Of a DNA stretch of 64,000 nucleotides, positions 25,152 through 36,038 are shown piece after piece. The first letter of the stretch is position 1, and each line of letters opens with the position of its first letter. The notes under the pieces were generated by a model. It was not told the origin of the DNA. It ran no database searches and worked only from the letters and a program-made list of their open reading frames with translations. The position numbers were made by a program, and so were the translations under genes. The stretch is from Rebecca billardiae RCC1528 (taxonomy: Eukaryota; Protista; Haptophyta): assembly GCA_965240325.2 (NCBI GenBank), contig OZ251222.1, positions 3,596,001 to 3,660,000 on the forward strand. The letters are read 5' to 3'.

Positions 25152-25514
25152 ATGGGGTCGGACTTCGCCTCCGCACCCGTCTTCAAGGCTATCGCCGAGG
25201 TCGTGAAGGATCCAGACCTCGCCAAGAAGGCGAACGGCACGTTCCAATTCAACATCACGAAAGGGCCAGGCGGTGCCGCGGCGTCATGGGTCGTCGACGT
25301 GAAGAATGGGGAGGTGAAGGAGGGAAAGGCGGAGAAAGCAGACGTGACGATGACGCTCTCGGATGACGACTTCGTGGCCATGGTCTCGGGAAAGCTAGCG
25401 GCGCAGCGTGCATTCATGACGGGCAAGCTCAAGATAAGTGGGAACATGGGCCTCGCGCAAAAGTTTAACGCCGTCACAAGCAAGCTTGGCAAGGCCCCAG
25501 CATCCAAGCTGTGA
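25152..25514 (+). CDS. SCP2: Sterol carrier protein 2 (SCP2) domain protein, peroxisomal
   Basis: WVVDVKNG...ADVTMTLSDDDFVAMVSGKLAAQRAFMTGKLKISGNMGLAQK, with C-terminal SKL (PTS1). Intronless. Confidence 0.92.
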   Translation: MGSDFASAPVFKAIAEVVKDPDLAKKANGTFQFNITKGPGGAAASWVVDVKNGEVKEGKAEKADVTMTLSDDDFVAMVSGKLAAQRAFMTGKLKISGNMGLAQKFNAVTSKLGKAPASKL

Positions 25515-26682
25515 TCAATCATCTGGCGCCGCTGCGGCGCAGCGGCGCGCTCGGCGCTGCGGGTCAATTGGGCCTTGGGGATGGTCACGCCGCCCGCTGA
25601 GCCCGAGGGGACTGTCTGGCGACAGTCTAACATTATTGGGTGCTGTGTATGGTGATGACGGGGCATGCAGCACAAATCGTGGCAAAACACTGCTGGATAG
25701 TCGGCGCTGACTTCAGACCCGACTGACCCGGCGAGTCGCGAGACCGCTGACACTGTCTAAACATTGGCACTGACAGCTGATCCAATAATTTATAATAATA
25801 TTATAATATATGTAGTCGGGCGCCATGATTCAGAATAATCAGCCGGCATTCCGAGCGGTCTGTGAGTGCAAAGTAACTACTGCATCACGGGCCCCGGCGG
25901 CTCACGCCGGCTCGCCGGCTCAGGGCCAGGCCGGCGCAGGCCGCGGCGGCCGGCCGCCGACTCGGACTCCGCCGCTAGTTACACTTACGCCTTACGGCCG
26001 TACTTCGTCTTCAGACTCTTCAGGGCGCAGGACAGCACCTAGTTCAGACTGTAAGCTCAAAGCTGCTACCGTAGCAGAATTACTAGATTAGATATAATAC
26101 AGTGACGATGAGACCGGATGGAACTGCGCCGAGCGCCGTGACGAGCGGCACGGTGGCCGTGAACGGCTGCTGCGCTCCCAGGCCCGAACCCGCGATTCCC
26201 GAACCGCGCGGGCCGCAGTAGTCCGCACTACTAAGTAGTGAACGTACATACTAACTAGCTACATCCTCATCCTGTCGAGTGTCGGCGCGCTGTCGCATCG
26301 GCGCCAAGTCGGAGAGTTCGGACGACGACGTTATTTTGTCGGGTCGACGGTGGGGCGAGGATGACGGGCGCTGGCGCGCCGCGAGGCCGGCCGCAGCCCT
26401 CATGGCTCATCCAGGCCTCGCACTGGCGGACGGCTGAACGAGTCTTCCGACGGCGCTACCATCGGCGACGGCTTTCATGGGAGGCCTGACCGTTGGCGGG
26501 CGTCAATCTCGCCTGCCTGAGTCGCTGTGTGCGTAGCTCTTATTCACTTATTAGTAAACTGTAGTACTAGCTACTAGTAGGCTGGCGGTCCGTAGACCGT
26601 ACTACCAGATCGTGTTAAGCTTTGCGTCGAGTACTTAACTCCACTCGGACACGCAAAAGCTCCCACGACGCGCAAAGCTTAA

Positions 26683-26684
<2 letters not shown>

Positions 26685-26751
<67 letters not shown>
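26685..26751. repeat. (GT)n microsatellite
   Basis: Uninterrupted gt run. Confidence 0.98.
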
Positions 26752-26754
<3 letters not shown>

Positions 26755-27170
26755 CATAATATAATGTGATAAGTGCTGCCCGATTTTTTCAGTAGTCGCA
26801 TCAATTATCAAATATAGTTGACTGCTTGCGTTGTCATCGTGATCGATCACCGTCGGACCCCAGGTCATTTCAGGCGAATATTGATGACATTGCGAAGTTT
26901 GAGAGCCTCATCCCAAGACGACAAAAAGTTCCGGATTTTGGGCCACACACCCCACAGTGCCAGGGCTCTGACTCCTCTCAGAATTTGATCCGAGCGGCGG
27001 GGCCGCGGGGTCGGGTCACAGTGGCAGACGCCGACGTGATAACGAAGTTGCCACATCGCCATTCGACGACTCCGTCAACCGCGGCGGGACGTCAAACGCC
27101 CGACGGCGGCGCAAGGCGTTCGACCCGCGCTGCATGACAAGCCAGGAGCGGCCCGCGGCTGCGCATCCCC

Positions 27171-27740
27171 TCAGTAGGTCACGACCGACTCAGTCATCCA
27201 CAAGCCATCGCACTTTTCGAGTGTCCAGTTGATGTGTGTCCACGAGGTGTCGCCTGCGCGCCTGACCATGACCTCCTGGTACGCGCGCTCGCCGCCATCC
27301 GTGAGCTCGAGCTCGTCCTCGATCTCCATCTCGTCCCACTCGCAGAAGATTTGGTACGCGCCCTCAGACAGGTACTCTGCAAACTGCGACGGCGTGAGCT
27401 TCGAAGCGCCGTTCGCGGGCGAGGAGAACGCGATGGCGACCTGCGGGCCGTAGTTTTCGTAGGGCTCGTCCGGCGAGCGCAGGGCTTCAAGGACCTTCTT
27501 GATGACGTCCAAGGGCTCGAGCTGCGCCGACGGCTGCGCCTCCACGGGGAGCGCGGGCAGCTCTTCCATCTCGTCATCGAGTCCAGCGCTCGCGGAGGCG
27601 GAGGAGCTCGCGCTCCACGGGTGCGGCGCGTCCATTCGCACTGCCACCGCGCGCCGTGCCCCCACGGGCATGTCCACGCGCACCCGAGCGCCCGACCAGG
27701 CGGTCGCTGCGATGACGACAGCCGTCGCGGCCCACGGCAT
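27171..27740 (-). CDS. DUF4864-like / NTF2-like hypothetical protein with bipartite-targeting-like N-terminus
   Basis: LEPLDVIKKVLEALRSPDEP...AIAFSSPAN...WTLEK...WMTESV. A hydrophobic N-terminus is followed by an Arg/Ala-rich stretch. Confidence 0.6.
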   Translation of the reverse strand: MPWAATAVVIAATAWSGARVRVDMPVGARRAVAVRMDAPHPWSASSSASASAGLDDEMEELPALPVEAQPSAQLEPLDVIKKVLEALRSPDEPYENYGPQVAIAFSSPANGASKLTPSQFAEYLSEGAYQIFCEWDEMEIEDELELTDGGERAYQEVMVRRAGDTSWTHINWTLEKCDGLWMTESVVTY

Positions 27741-28248
27741 GACGGTGAGTAAACGCGCGCACTGCTCGGTGCTCAAGCTTCGGACAGTCGGACACGCTCA
27801 ACGCACAACGGGCACAGCATGGCGATTTGACGAAGCCGCGAGGCATTTTAATTATTCTTTGGCGGGGGCAGCGCTGGCGCAGGACTGCAGGAGTGCTCGA
27901 GCTCGCTCGTGAATTGCTGGTCATCAAGAAGACGACATCAAAATGACAATAACATCGGAAACTCGCTCGTCGTCATCAACCCTCTTCCTGGATTCCGGCC
28001 GTCCGCGGCGGGCCGAGCTTTCCGAGAGTCCGAGCTCGATCTCCGCCGTGGCGATGACCGAGTAGTGCAGCCTGACGACGACGATGACGACGACTTCAAC
28101 TTCCTTCCCGCTCTGCTTAGTAGTGTCACTGGTCAAGCTGGCATATTGGCATTCCGAAGCGCTTGCGACTCGCTCCGCGACTCGTCGTGGCACGGCTGGC
28201 ACGCACTCCATTCGGGACCCCGAGCAGTGCCCGCCTCGCTCCGAGGCA

Positions 28249-29646
28249 TCACCCATCGTCAGCGAGCGCGTGGCGTGCCATCGTCTTTGCGGTGGCGCGA
28301 TTGGCCTTGCCCGCGATCGGGAAGCCGTTCCGGTCGCCGTCGCCGTCGCGCGCCTCCTGCTGCACGCGCTCCGCGTCGGCCTCGTGCATGATCTCCTCCT
28401 TGCGCGCGCGCTGCGTCCTGAGCTCGGCGCACTCGTGCTTGTGCCCGCCCTTCCAGTGGGCGCGCTGGCAGCGCTGCGAGCAGTAGCCGGCGACGCGGCA
28501 GCCGGAGCACGTGGACGGCCCGTCGTTCTCGCAGTCCGGCCCCCAGCAGCTGTTGGGCACGCGCGGCACGGAGGGCACGGCGCCCAGCCCGCGCAGCACG
28601 TGCATCAGCCCCTCCGCGTCCGCGTGCTGCTGCGTCTTGGGCTGCAGCGCAAAGTGGCGGCGGTGCAGCGCGACGCAGCCGACGCCGCGCGCGTGCAGCG
28701 CGGCCATGCGCTCGACCTCCGCCGGGTGCGCGCGCGCGAGCTCCTTGGGCGACGAGCCCGACGCCCTGGCGTGCATCTTGACCCACAGCGTCGAGCGCCA
28801 GAACGCCGCGTTGGCGCTGAAGTGGTGGCAGTCGGGCGCGTGCTGCAGGAACTCGTCGAGCAGCTCGAGCACCTCGCGCAGGTGGCCCTTCTTCTGCAGC
28901 GCGGTGCCGCGCTCGGGGATCTCGTTGTACCGCACGGTCGCGAGCGTGTACAGCGCGCTGAACCAGTGCACGCGCCGCGGGTCGTCCTCGCCCAGCTTGC
29001 GCGCCAGCTCGACCGAGCGGCGCAGCTCCTTGACGGCGCGCCGCGTGTCGCCGAGTCGGATCGCGCGGCCGGCGCTCCACCGCCACACGCGCGGATCGTC
29101 GGGCGTCGCGTTGCGCGCCTTGTCGGTGTACTTCTCGTCCTGGTCCTCCGCCTGCCGCATGGGCACGACCAGGACGGGCTCCGACGCGTGCTCCGCCCAC
29201 CTGCCCACGAACGCGCGCATGCACGCAGACACGACCACCGCGCGGTTGCGGTTCACCTCGGCCGGCGTGCCCTCGAACTCGTACGCCAGCAGCGGCGCGA
29301 GCACCACCTGCACGCCGCTCATGCCCTCCGCCTCGTACGCGTCGTCCACGCGCGAGTAGAAGGGCCACATCTCGATCGCGCGCGCCTCGTTGAGCAGGGC
29401 GTCCGCTATGCCCGCGCACGCCGCCTCCGTGAAGTGGCCGTCCGCCTCGTCGAACGCCTGCACGCCCGCCTTAAAGCTGGCGCGCGCCTCCTTGTACACG
29501 CGCGCGGTCGGGAGCGCATCGTCCAGCCGCGCGTCGTCGAGCGGGCCGAGGTGGATGTTCGGCAGCTCGGGCGCCATGACGTGGAAGTCGCACGTGCTCG
29601 CGGCCCCGCGCCCGCCCGGCCCCCGGCGCCGGGCGAGTCCGGACAT
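28249..29646 (-). CDS. MYND zinc-finger protein with helical (TPR-like) middle region
   Basis: CWGPDC...CSGCRVAGYCSQRCQRAHWKGGHKHEC. Strong GC3 bias. Alternative ATG at 29577. Confidence 0.85.
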   Translation of the reverse strand: MSGLARRRGPGGRGAASTCDFHVMAPELPNIHLGPLDDARLDDALPTARVYKEARASFKAGVQAFDEADGHFTEAACAGIADALLNEARAIEMWPFYSRVDDAYEAEGMSGVQVVLAPLLAYEFEGTPAEVNRNRAVVVSACMRAFVGRWAEHASEPVLVVPMRQAEDQDEKYTDKARNATPDDPRVWRWSAGRAIRLGDTRRAVKELRRSVELARKLGEDDPRRVHWFSALYTLATVRYNEIPERGTALQKKGHLREVLELLDEFLQHAPDCHHFSANAAFWRSTLWVKMHARASGSSPKELARAHPAEVERMAALHARGVGCVALHRRHFALQPKTQQHADAEGLMHVLRGLGAVPSVPRVPNSCWGPDCENDGPSTCSGCRVAGYCSQRCQRAHWKGGHKHECAELRTQRARKEEIMHEADAERVQQEARDGDGDRNGFPIAGKANRATAKTMARHALADDG

Positions 29647-29756
29647 TAAGACAGTCTAGTCGGCTTACTGAATACTGAGCACTGTCAGTGACTCAGTGTC
29701 GGCGGCTTTGGCCGCTTTGTCACAGCCACACGGGGCCGCGCGGAATCGGCGGATTA

Positions 29757-29807
29757 CAGTTTACTATGTTTTCTATGTTTTAACGTGCACACTTGGTTAA
29801 GGCGTGA
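29757..29807 (+). repeat. TA|CAGTTTACT terminus, second subfamily; inverted partner at 49474-49515
   Basis: tacagtttact...tttaacgtgcacac(t/g)tggttaaggcgtga is shared with the reverse complement of 49474-49517. Confidence 0.7.
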
Positions 29808-30116
29808 TAGTATCCGACGATCAGAGTGCTGGACCTGGAGTGCGGTGCGACAGCGACTGCGCCACTGCCAAGCGCCCCTGATGTCGACCGGGTAGCCTGA
29901 GGTGATATGCAGCGCGCCGCCGAACGGCCTAAATTGTGCGCCAGCCTACTATGGTAATTATAGTACTAAACTCGGGACCGTAGCTCTGTAATCCTGTATG
30001 ACAGAATTTATTGCGCTATGATCGGACCGACAGGCCATGCCCATCGGTCCTACCGTATAGTAATTTTATAATTAGTAACGGCATAGTTAGTATCTGACGA
30101 GCGGGCAATACATTAT

Positions 30117-31383
30117 GGCCCGCGGTGCAGGGCGGAGCGCGCAGCGTGGAGCCCGCACCAGCGGGCCCGAACCACGTTTCAAAAGATCTTTGATCAAGAA
30201 AAAAGGGACGGGGGGCGAAAAAAAGGGACGGGGGGCGATCATTTTAGGGCTGGCGGAGACCGAGTTTCGAGTTTTTGAGATCGCATAGAGAGGTCTATTA
30301 GGCCGAAAAAGAGCGCGCCCACGATATTCCCTAAGTAAAGTGCGATCTGGACGTCAGCCGGACGTGACTTTAGCGTAACGGTTCGTTACGAGCGAATCGT
30401 ATTCGTCGTCCCGGATCGCGTGACGTCCGGACTGGGCCACATCCGGATCGTCGGAGGTGATGTGCCCCGGCACGATGGCGTCGGATGCGGGACGGCGCCT
30501 GCACGTGCCTCCGGACCCGCCTCCCGCTTGCTGCTCACGCAGTCAGCTGCGACCGTGGCGCATGATCGCAGAAGCAGTGCCGGCAGTACGGCCTGCATCA
30601 GCTAGTGCCGCGCCGTCGTGGCGCGCGCGGTACGGTTGCGCGTTTGCAGCGCTCGCCGCTCGGCGACGGCACGCGCGTGCGGCTCAGGTGTGTCAAATGC
30701 GGTCTCGTCGGCGCGCTTTCGCCTGCCACCTCGTGCACCCGTGCCGCCAGTTTCATCGTCTTCATGAGGACTGCTGCTGCTGTCGCCATCCGCTCTCCAT
30801 CACCCCGAGTCGCGCGCGGCGCGCGCGGTAGGCACTAGGGCAGGGCGTACGGTCACTCACCCGTGCAACGGGTCAAGTGGCCAGAGTACGTCTGGTCGTT
30901 GGCTGGCACGGGCCGCAGCGCTAAAGCACCCTGCTGTCACACCCGACTCCTTCAGTACTCCGAGCTCCGCGGCACGACTCACTCGGCACGATCGCGGACG
31001 GGTCGGATCCGAGCTGATCAGCCAGAGTTGGACACAGTTTGGCAGCTACTAGTAGTAATTCCGATGCCGATGGCACGATCGCGGACGGGTCGGATCCGAG
31101 CTGATCAGCCAGTTGGACATTTGGCAGCTAGTTGTCAGACGGACGTCCGATTTGACGACCGGTGCCGGGTGCGGTCTCATCAGGTCCGCTGCTGTGATTG
31201 TGTGAAGTGTGAATGAGTCTCGCGGTCGCGCAGGCAGGGCGACGGTCGGACTAATAGCTTCAGTCATCTCAGAACCGACTTCAACTGGCGAACTGCCACT
31301 ACGGCGGAGAGCCGCGATTGCACGGCCACCGCGGGCCCCCAACTGCGTTGATTCTATGCAGAAAAGGACCGCGGAACGCGGTC
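30117..31383 (+). mobile_element. 1.27-kb non-coding repeat, copy 1 (non-autonomous DNA element)
   Basis: Near-identical reverse complement of 58421-59712. Ends AT|GGCCCGCGG ... GACCGCGGAACGCGGTC|AT. Internal direct repeat at about 30985 and 31072. Confidence 0.85.
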
Positions 31384-31703
31384 ATATATATATATCATAA
31401 AATCAGTCTGTCTGAGGACTTACACGACTGTGTGTATAACTAGTTAGTCGGACCGTGAATATTAATGACGGTGTCGGTCCAGCCTGCCGCACGACCCGTG
31501 ACGACGGCGCCGCTAAGCCCGTGCCGACGCGGCGACGCGGCCCGCCAGTCCCGCTGCCAGCGGCCTAAACTCAGAGTTAGATCGACGGGTCGGACCGGCG
31601 GTTCAAAGACCGATGTCAACGAGGGTGACACTCGCAGATGGTCGCCAGGCGTGATGAGCGTGATGAGGGTCCGCTACGGTACAGCTTGCAATCCTTGCAT
31701 CAG

Positions 31704-32246
31704 TTAGAGTCCGAGCTCGGATAGGCCGGGATGGTCTTCTGGGCGCTTGCCCAGTGGCCAATGAAAGAGGCGATCCTGTTCACGAATGGGCACGTCGTTG
31801 ACACTTGCATGGCGTTCTTTCATGTACCCCTCCTCGTCGAAGCACCAATTCTCATTGCCGCAGGCGCGGAACCAGTTGCCCGAGTCGTCGTGGTACTCGT
31901 AGGCGTACCGCACTGCGATGCGGTCGCCAGTGTATGCCCACACCTCCTTGATGAGGCGGTAGTCGAGCTCACGCGCCCACTTTCGCGAGAGGAAAGCGCG
32001 CACCTCGTCGCGCCCTTTTATAAACTCTGCGCGGTTGCGCCATTGGGTGTCGACAGTGTATGCGAGCGACACTCGCTCGGGGTCACGAGAATTCCATGCA
32101 TCCTCGGCCGCGCGCGCCTTCTGGGCCGCCGACTCGGCGGTGAACGGCGGGAGTGGAGGCCGCGCAGATGCCAAGTGACGCACCATCGCAAGCGATCGAC
32201 GCATGGGGAACATGCCCGCCCCGGTTCGGCGGAGGACGATGGACAT
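31704..32246 (-). CDS. DUF1348 SnoaL-like (NTF2 family) protein with presequence-like N-terminus
   Basis: RPPLPPFT...[18 protein letters not shown]...WRNRAEF...[13 protein letters not shown]...GNENW...HPGLSELGL. Intronless. Confidence 0.92.
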   Translation of the reverse strand: MSIVLRRTGAGMFPMRRSLAMVRHLASARPPLPPFTAESAAQKARAAEDAWNSRDPERVSLAYTVDTQWRNRAEFIKGRDEVRAFLSRKWARELDYRLIKEVWAYTGDRIAVRYAYEYHDDSGNWFRACGNENWCFDEEGYMKERHASVNDVPIREQDRLFHWPLGKRPEDHPGLSELGL

Positions 32247-32745
32247 CCCACGGCCGGCTTCCTACCTCGGCACGCCGCGGCCTCGGTCGGAATTCGCGGC
32301 GGGCCGCGGGCGCGGCGCGAAACACTGTGCGATGTGCGACGAGAGTCCGGATGGTGCTGCAGTGTGTAGTCCGGTTGTCGATTTCGCGCCTCTTTGACGG
32401 CCGCGTTCGCGCGCTCCCCGCTCGCGACTGTCCCAGCGCTCGCGGGCCGCGCTCGCCCTGGCGAGTGGCCGCGAGCGCCAACGATCATATCTGGTGTGCG
32501 CCGTGTCGGCTGCGCGGGCGGTCAGCGCGGGTTGGCGGGCGAGGAGGGGGCGGGGGCGGGGTCCAGGCCGGGTGCCGGGTGTCCGCTTCGCCTGGACCTG
32601 CTGGCGCGCATGCCCCGCCGGTCGCTCGGTCCTCATCGTGGCCGCGCGCCCGCGCGCGCCGTACCGCGCATGCGCCGTCGCGCTCGCCGCGCAGTCCTCG
32701 GCTGAGTCGTGCGCAGCAGCTGCGGCCGGCGGGGAGCGCGGCGCG

Positions 32746-35270
32746 ATGGCGAGCCAGCCGCCCGACTACGAAAAGGACGTCGAAGCCTTCGCCGAGTTCT
32801 TCTCGACGTACCAGGAGGATGACGACGACGGCCAGTTGGCGTACAAGTACAAGAACATGCTGCAGCGCATTGCCAACCGCGAGACGCGCGTGCTCGAGGT
32901 GGACCTGGACGACGTGGCGGATCAGAGCGAGGAGCTGGCGGACAAGGTGACGCGCAACACCAAGCGCTACCTCGACCTCATCGCCAAGGCCGCCGACAAG
33001 ATGATGCCCGAGCGCGACGTGCTGGGCACGCCCGAGCCCGACGACATCCTCGACCACATGATCGAGGTGCGCCGGCAGCGGCGCGACGCGCAGCGGCGCG
33101 AGGGCGCGGCCGACGACGGCGCGTCGTCGGCCACGCCGGGCCCCTCGGACGACACCATCCCCGACAGCCTCTTCCGCCGGTACCAGATCTCGATCCTGCC
33201 GCGCTCGAGCGCCAAGGACGTGCCGATGCGGCGTGTGCTCTCCGCCTCGATCGGCTCGCTGCTCTCGGTGAAGGGGCTGGTGACGCGCTCGTCGACGGTG
33301 CGCCCGCAGCTCGACGTGGCGACGTACACGTGCGACCAGTGCGGCTTCGAGGTGTACCAGGACATCACCGGCCGCACGTTCATGCCGCTGCACGTGTGCC
33401 CGTCGCCGCACTGCGAACAGAACCGCACCAACGGCCAGCTGCGGCTGCAGACGCGCGGCTCCAAGTTCTCGCGCTGGCAGGAGCTGCGTGTGCAGGAGGA
33501 GGCGGACCAGGTGCCCGTCGGGCACATCCCGCGCGCGATCACGGTCTACGCCTACGGCGAGACCGCGCGCGAGGCCTCGGCGGGCGAGGTGGTGACGGTG
33601 ACGGGCGTGTTCCTGCCCGTGCCGTTCACCGGGCTGCGCGGGCTGCGCACCGGGCTGCTCGCCGACACGTACGTGCACGCGCTGAGCATCCACCGGCACA
33701 AGAAGGCGCAGGCGGAGGAGCACTCGGGCGACGAGACCAGCGCCGCCGTGCGCGAGCTCGCCGCCGCCGGCGGCACGTACGAGCGCCTCGCGCGCTCGAT
33801 CGCGCCCGAGATCTTTGCGCACGACGACGTGAAGAAGGCACCGCTGCTGCTGCTGGTCGGCGGCTGCACCAAGGTGGTGGGCGACGGGATGCGGATCCGC
33901 GGCGACATCAACATCTGCCTGATGGGCGAGCCCGGCGTGGCCAAGTCGCAGCTGCTCAAGCACATCGCGCAGGTCGCGCCCCGCGCCGTGTACACGACGG
34001 GCAAGGGCTCGTCCGGCGTCGGCCTCACCGCCGCGGTCGTGCGCGACTCTGCGACCGGCGAGGCTGTGCTCGAGGGCGGCGCGCTCGTGCTCGCGGACAT
34101 GGGCGTGTGCTGCATCGACGAGTTCGACAAGATGGACGAGACCGACCGCACCGCGATCCACGAGGTGATGGAGCAGCAGACCGTCTCGATCGCCAAGGCG
34201 GGCATCACGACGACGCTGAACGCGCGCACGTCCGTGCTCGCCGCCGCCAACCCGGCTTGGTCGCGCTGGCACATGGGCAAGTCAGTCACGGAGAACGTCA
34301 ACCTGCCGGCGGCGCTGCTCTCGCGCTTCGACCTGATGTGGCTGATCCTCGACGCGCCCGACCCCGACCGCGACCGCGCCCTCGCCCAGCACGTCACCTA
34401 CGTCCACCGCTTCCAGTCGCACCCGCCGATGGAGTTTGAGGCGGTCGAGGCGCGCGTGCTGCGCGCGTACGTGCAGGAGGCGCGCGCGTACGAGCCGAGC
34501 GTGCCCAAGGAGCTCTCGGAGCACATCGTCGACGAGTACGTCGCGCTGCGGCAGAAGGTGCGCGCGCGCGTCGCCGCGCGCGCCCGCGCCCGCCGCGCGC
34601 CCGCGCCCGCGCGCTGACAGCCGAGCGCTCGCGCGCGTCCGCGCCGCCTCGGGCCGGCCTCGTGGCCGGCACACCGCGCGCGCCGCGCGCGCCGCGCTTG
34701 GCGCTTGGCGCTTGGTGAGCAGGACGCCTCCGACGTGGGCAAGAGCGACGGCTTCACGTCGGCGCGCACGCTCCTCGCCACCCTTCGCCTCGCGCAGGCG
34801 CTCGCGCGCCTCCGCCTCTCGAACGAGGTGGTCGAGGCCGACGTGGCCGAGGCGCGCAGGCTGATGGAGATGTCCAAGGCACGGCGCACGCACGGCGCAC
34901 GGCGCACGGCGCACGCACGCGCGCTCACGACGCGCGCGCGCCCGCGCACGCGCGCCGCGGCGCTCACGCGCCCTTCACCGCCGACCCGATGTGGCGCCTG
35001 CCGCGCGCGCAGGACTCGATCGAGGGCGAGAAGGGCGCGAAGAGCAACATGAGCCCGCAGGACCGCGTGAACAAGGTGGCGGAGCTGATCAACGACAGCA
35101 TCCGCGCGGCGGGCGGCACCGCGGTCGACCTGTCGGACGTGATGCCGCGGCTGGTGGCGATCGGCATGACGCAGGCGGACGTGGACCGCACGCTGCACGA
35201 GTACACGCAGGAGCTCGGCGTGTGGCAGCTCAACCCCGCGCAGACGACCATCCGCCTCGTGCCCGTCTGA
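32746..35270 (+). CDS. MCM7: DNA replication licensing factor MCM7
   Basis: Zinc finger CDQCG...[51 protein letters not shown]. Introns 34558-34722 (GT-AG) and 34879-35012 (GC-AG). Confidence 0.96.
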
Positions 35271-36038
35271 GCGAGGCGCCAGCGGGCCGCCCAAGGCGAC
35301 GGCGCGCGCAGCGGCTGTGACGCCGCGTTGCGCGCGCCGTCAGCGCGCACGCCGCGCGCGTGCCTGTGGCCGTCGCATCCGTCGATGCGCCGGGCATGCG
35401 CGCCTGGCGCCGCGTGCCACGGCGGCCTGAGCGCAGCGCGCAGCAAGGCGGGACACCAGGCGTGGTGCCTCTCGATCTCCTCGCCATCCTATTTAAGTGG
35501 CACCGGCTTGACTCGGCTCGAGGACAGCCCTGTGCGCGCAGGCGCGACATCGCCCACGGCCGGGTGCGCACGCACGCGCGTACATCTCGGAGCGGCCAGT
35601 CGCCATGCACTGCGCGCCGCCGGTAGCCGTGGCGCATCAATCATCGTCATCATCGTCGTCGATCGCGGCCATCGTCGTCGCGGCATCACCGTCGTGACAC
35701 CATCAATGGCGCCAATGCTGATGCTGCGCATGCTGCATTGACATCGACTTGCACCCACGTGGGACGACGCCGACCGGCCGGACCGGGTGCACATCACTGA
35801 TGACTCACTGTCATCAGTATACCCCCATAGCTATTAAATTATGCTAGTTGATGATGATGATGCTGGCGGAAATACTGAGCTATATACGGCCAGTCGAGGT
35901 ACATATTGAAACAAAAATTTATTCGATCCATAATAATAAATAATAACTTAATTTTGCTGTCTTATTCGAGTAGTATTATAATATTAATTATAATACGAAT
36001 AATAAATAATATCGTCATGTCTCTGAGTTACTCAGCTA

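Larger units (their letters stand above)
21640..26561. mobile_element. Candidate Tc1/mariner-like TIR-bounded unit containing a retrotransposon and SCP2
   Basis: TA|CAGTTTACTAAGAATACGAGACGCACACAGCTCAGGCAGGC at 21640, and a degenerate inverted copy at about 26507-26561 followed by TA. No transposase seen. Confidence 0.5.

Noticed and set aside
30863-31216. 117-aa ORF duplicated at 58590-58940
   Set aside because: Non-ATG start and no recognisable domain. Conservation is explained by the DNA repeat.
30116-31384. Solo LTR reading (TG...CA ends)
   Set aside because: No matching 4-6-bp TSD at those boundaries in either copy, the copies are inverted, and no gag/pol lies between them.
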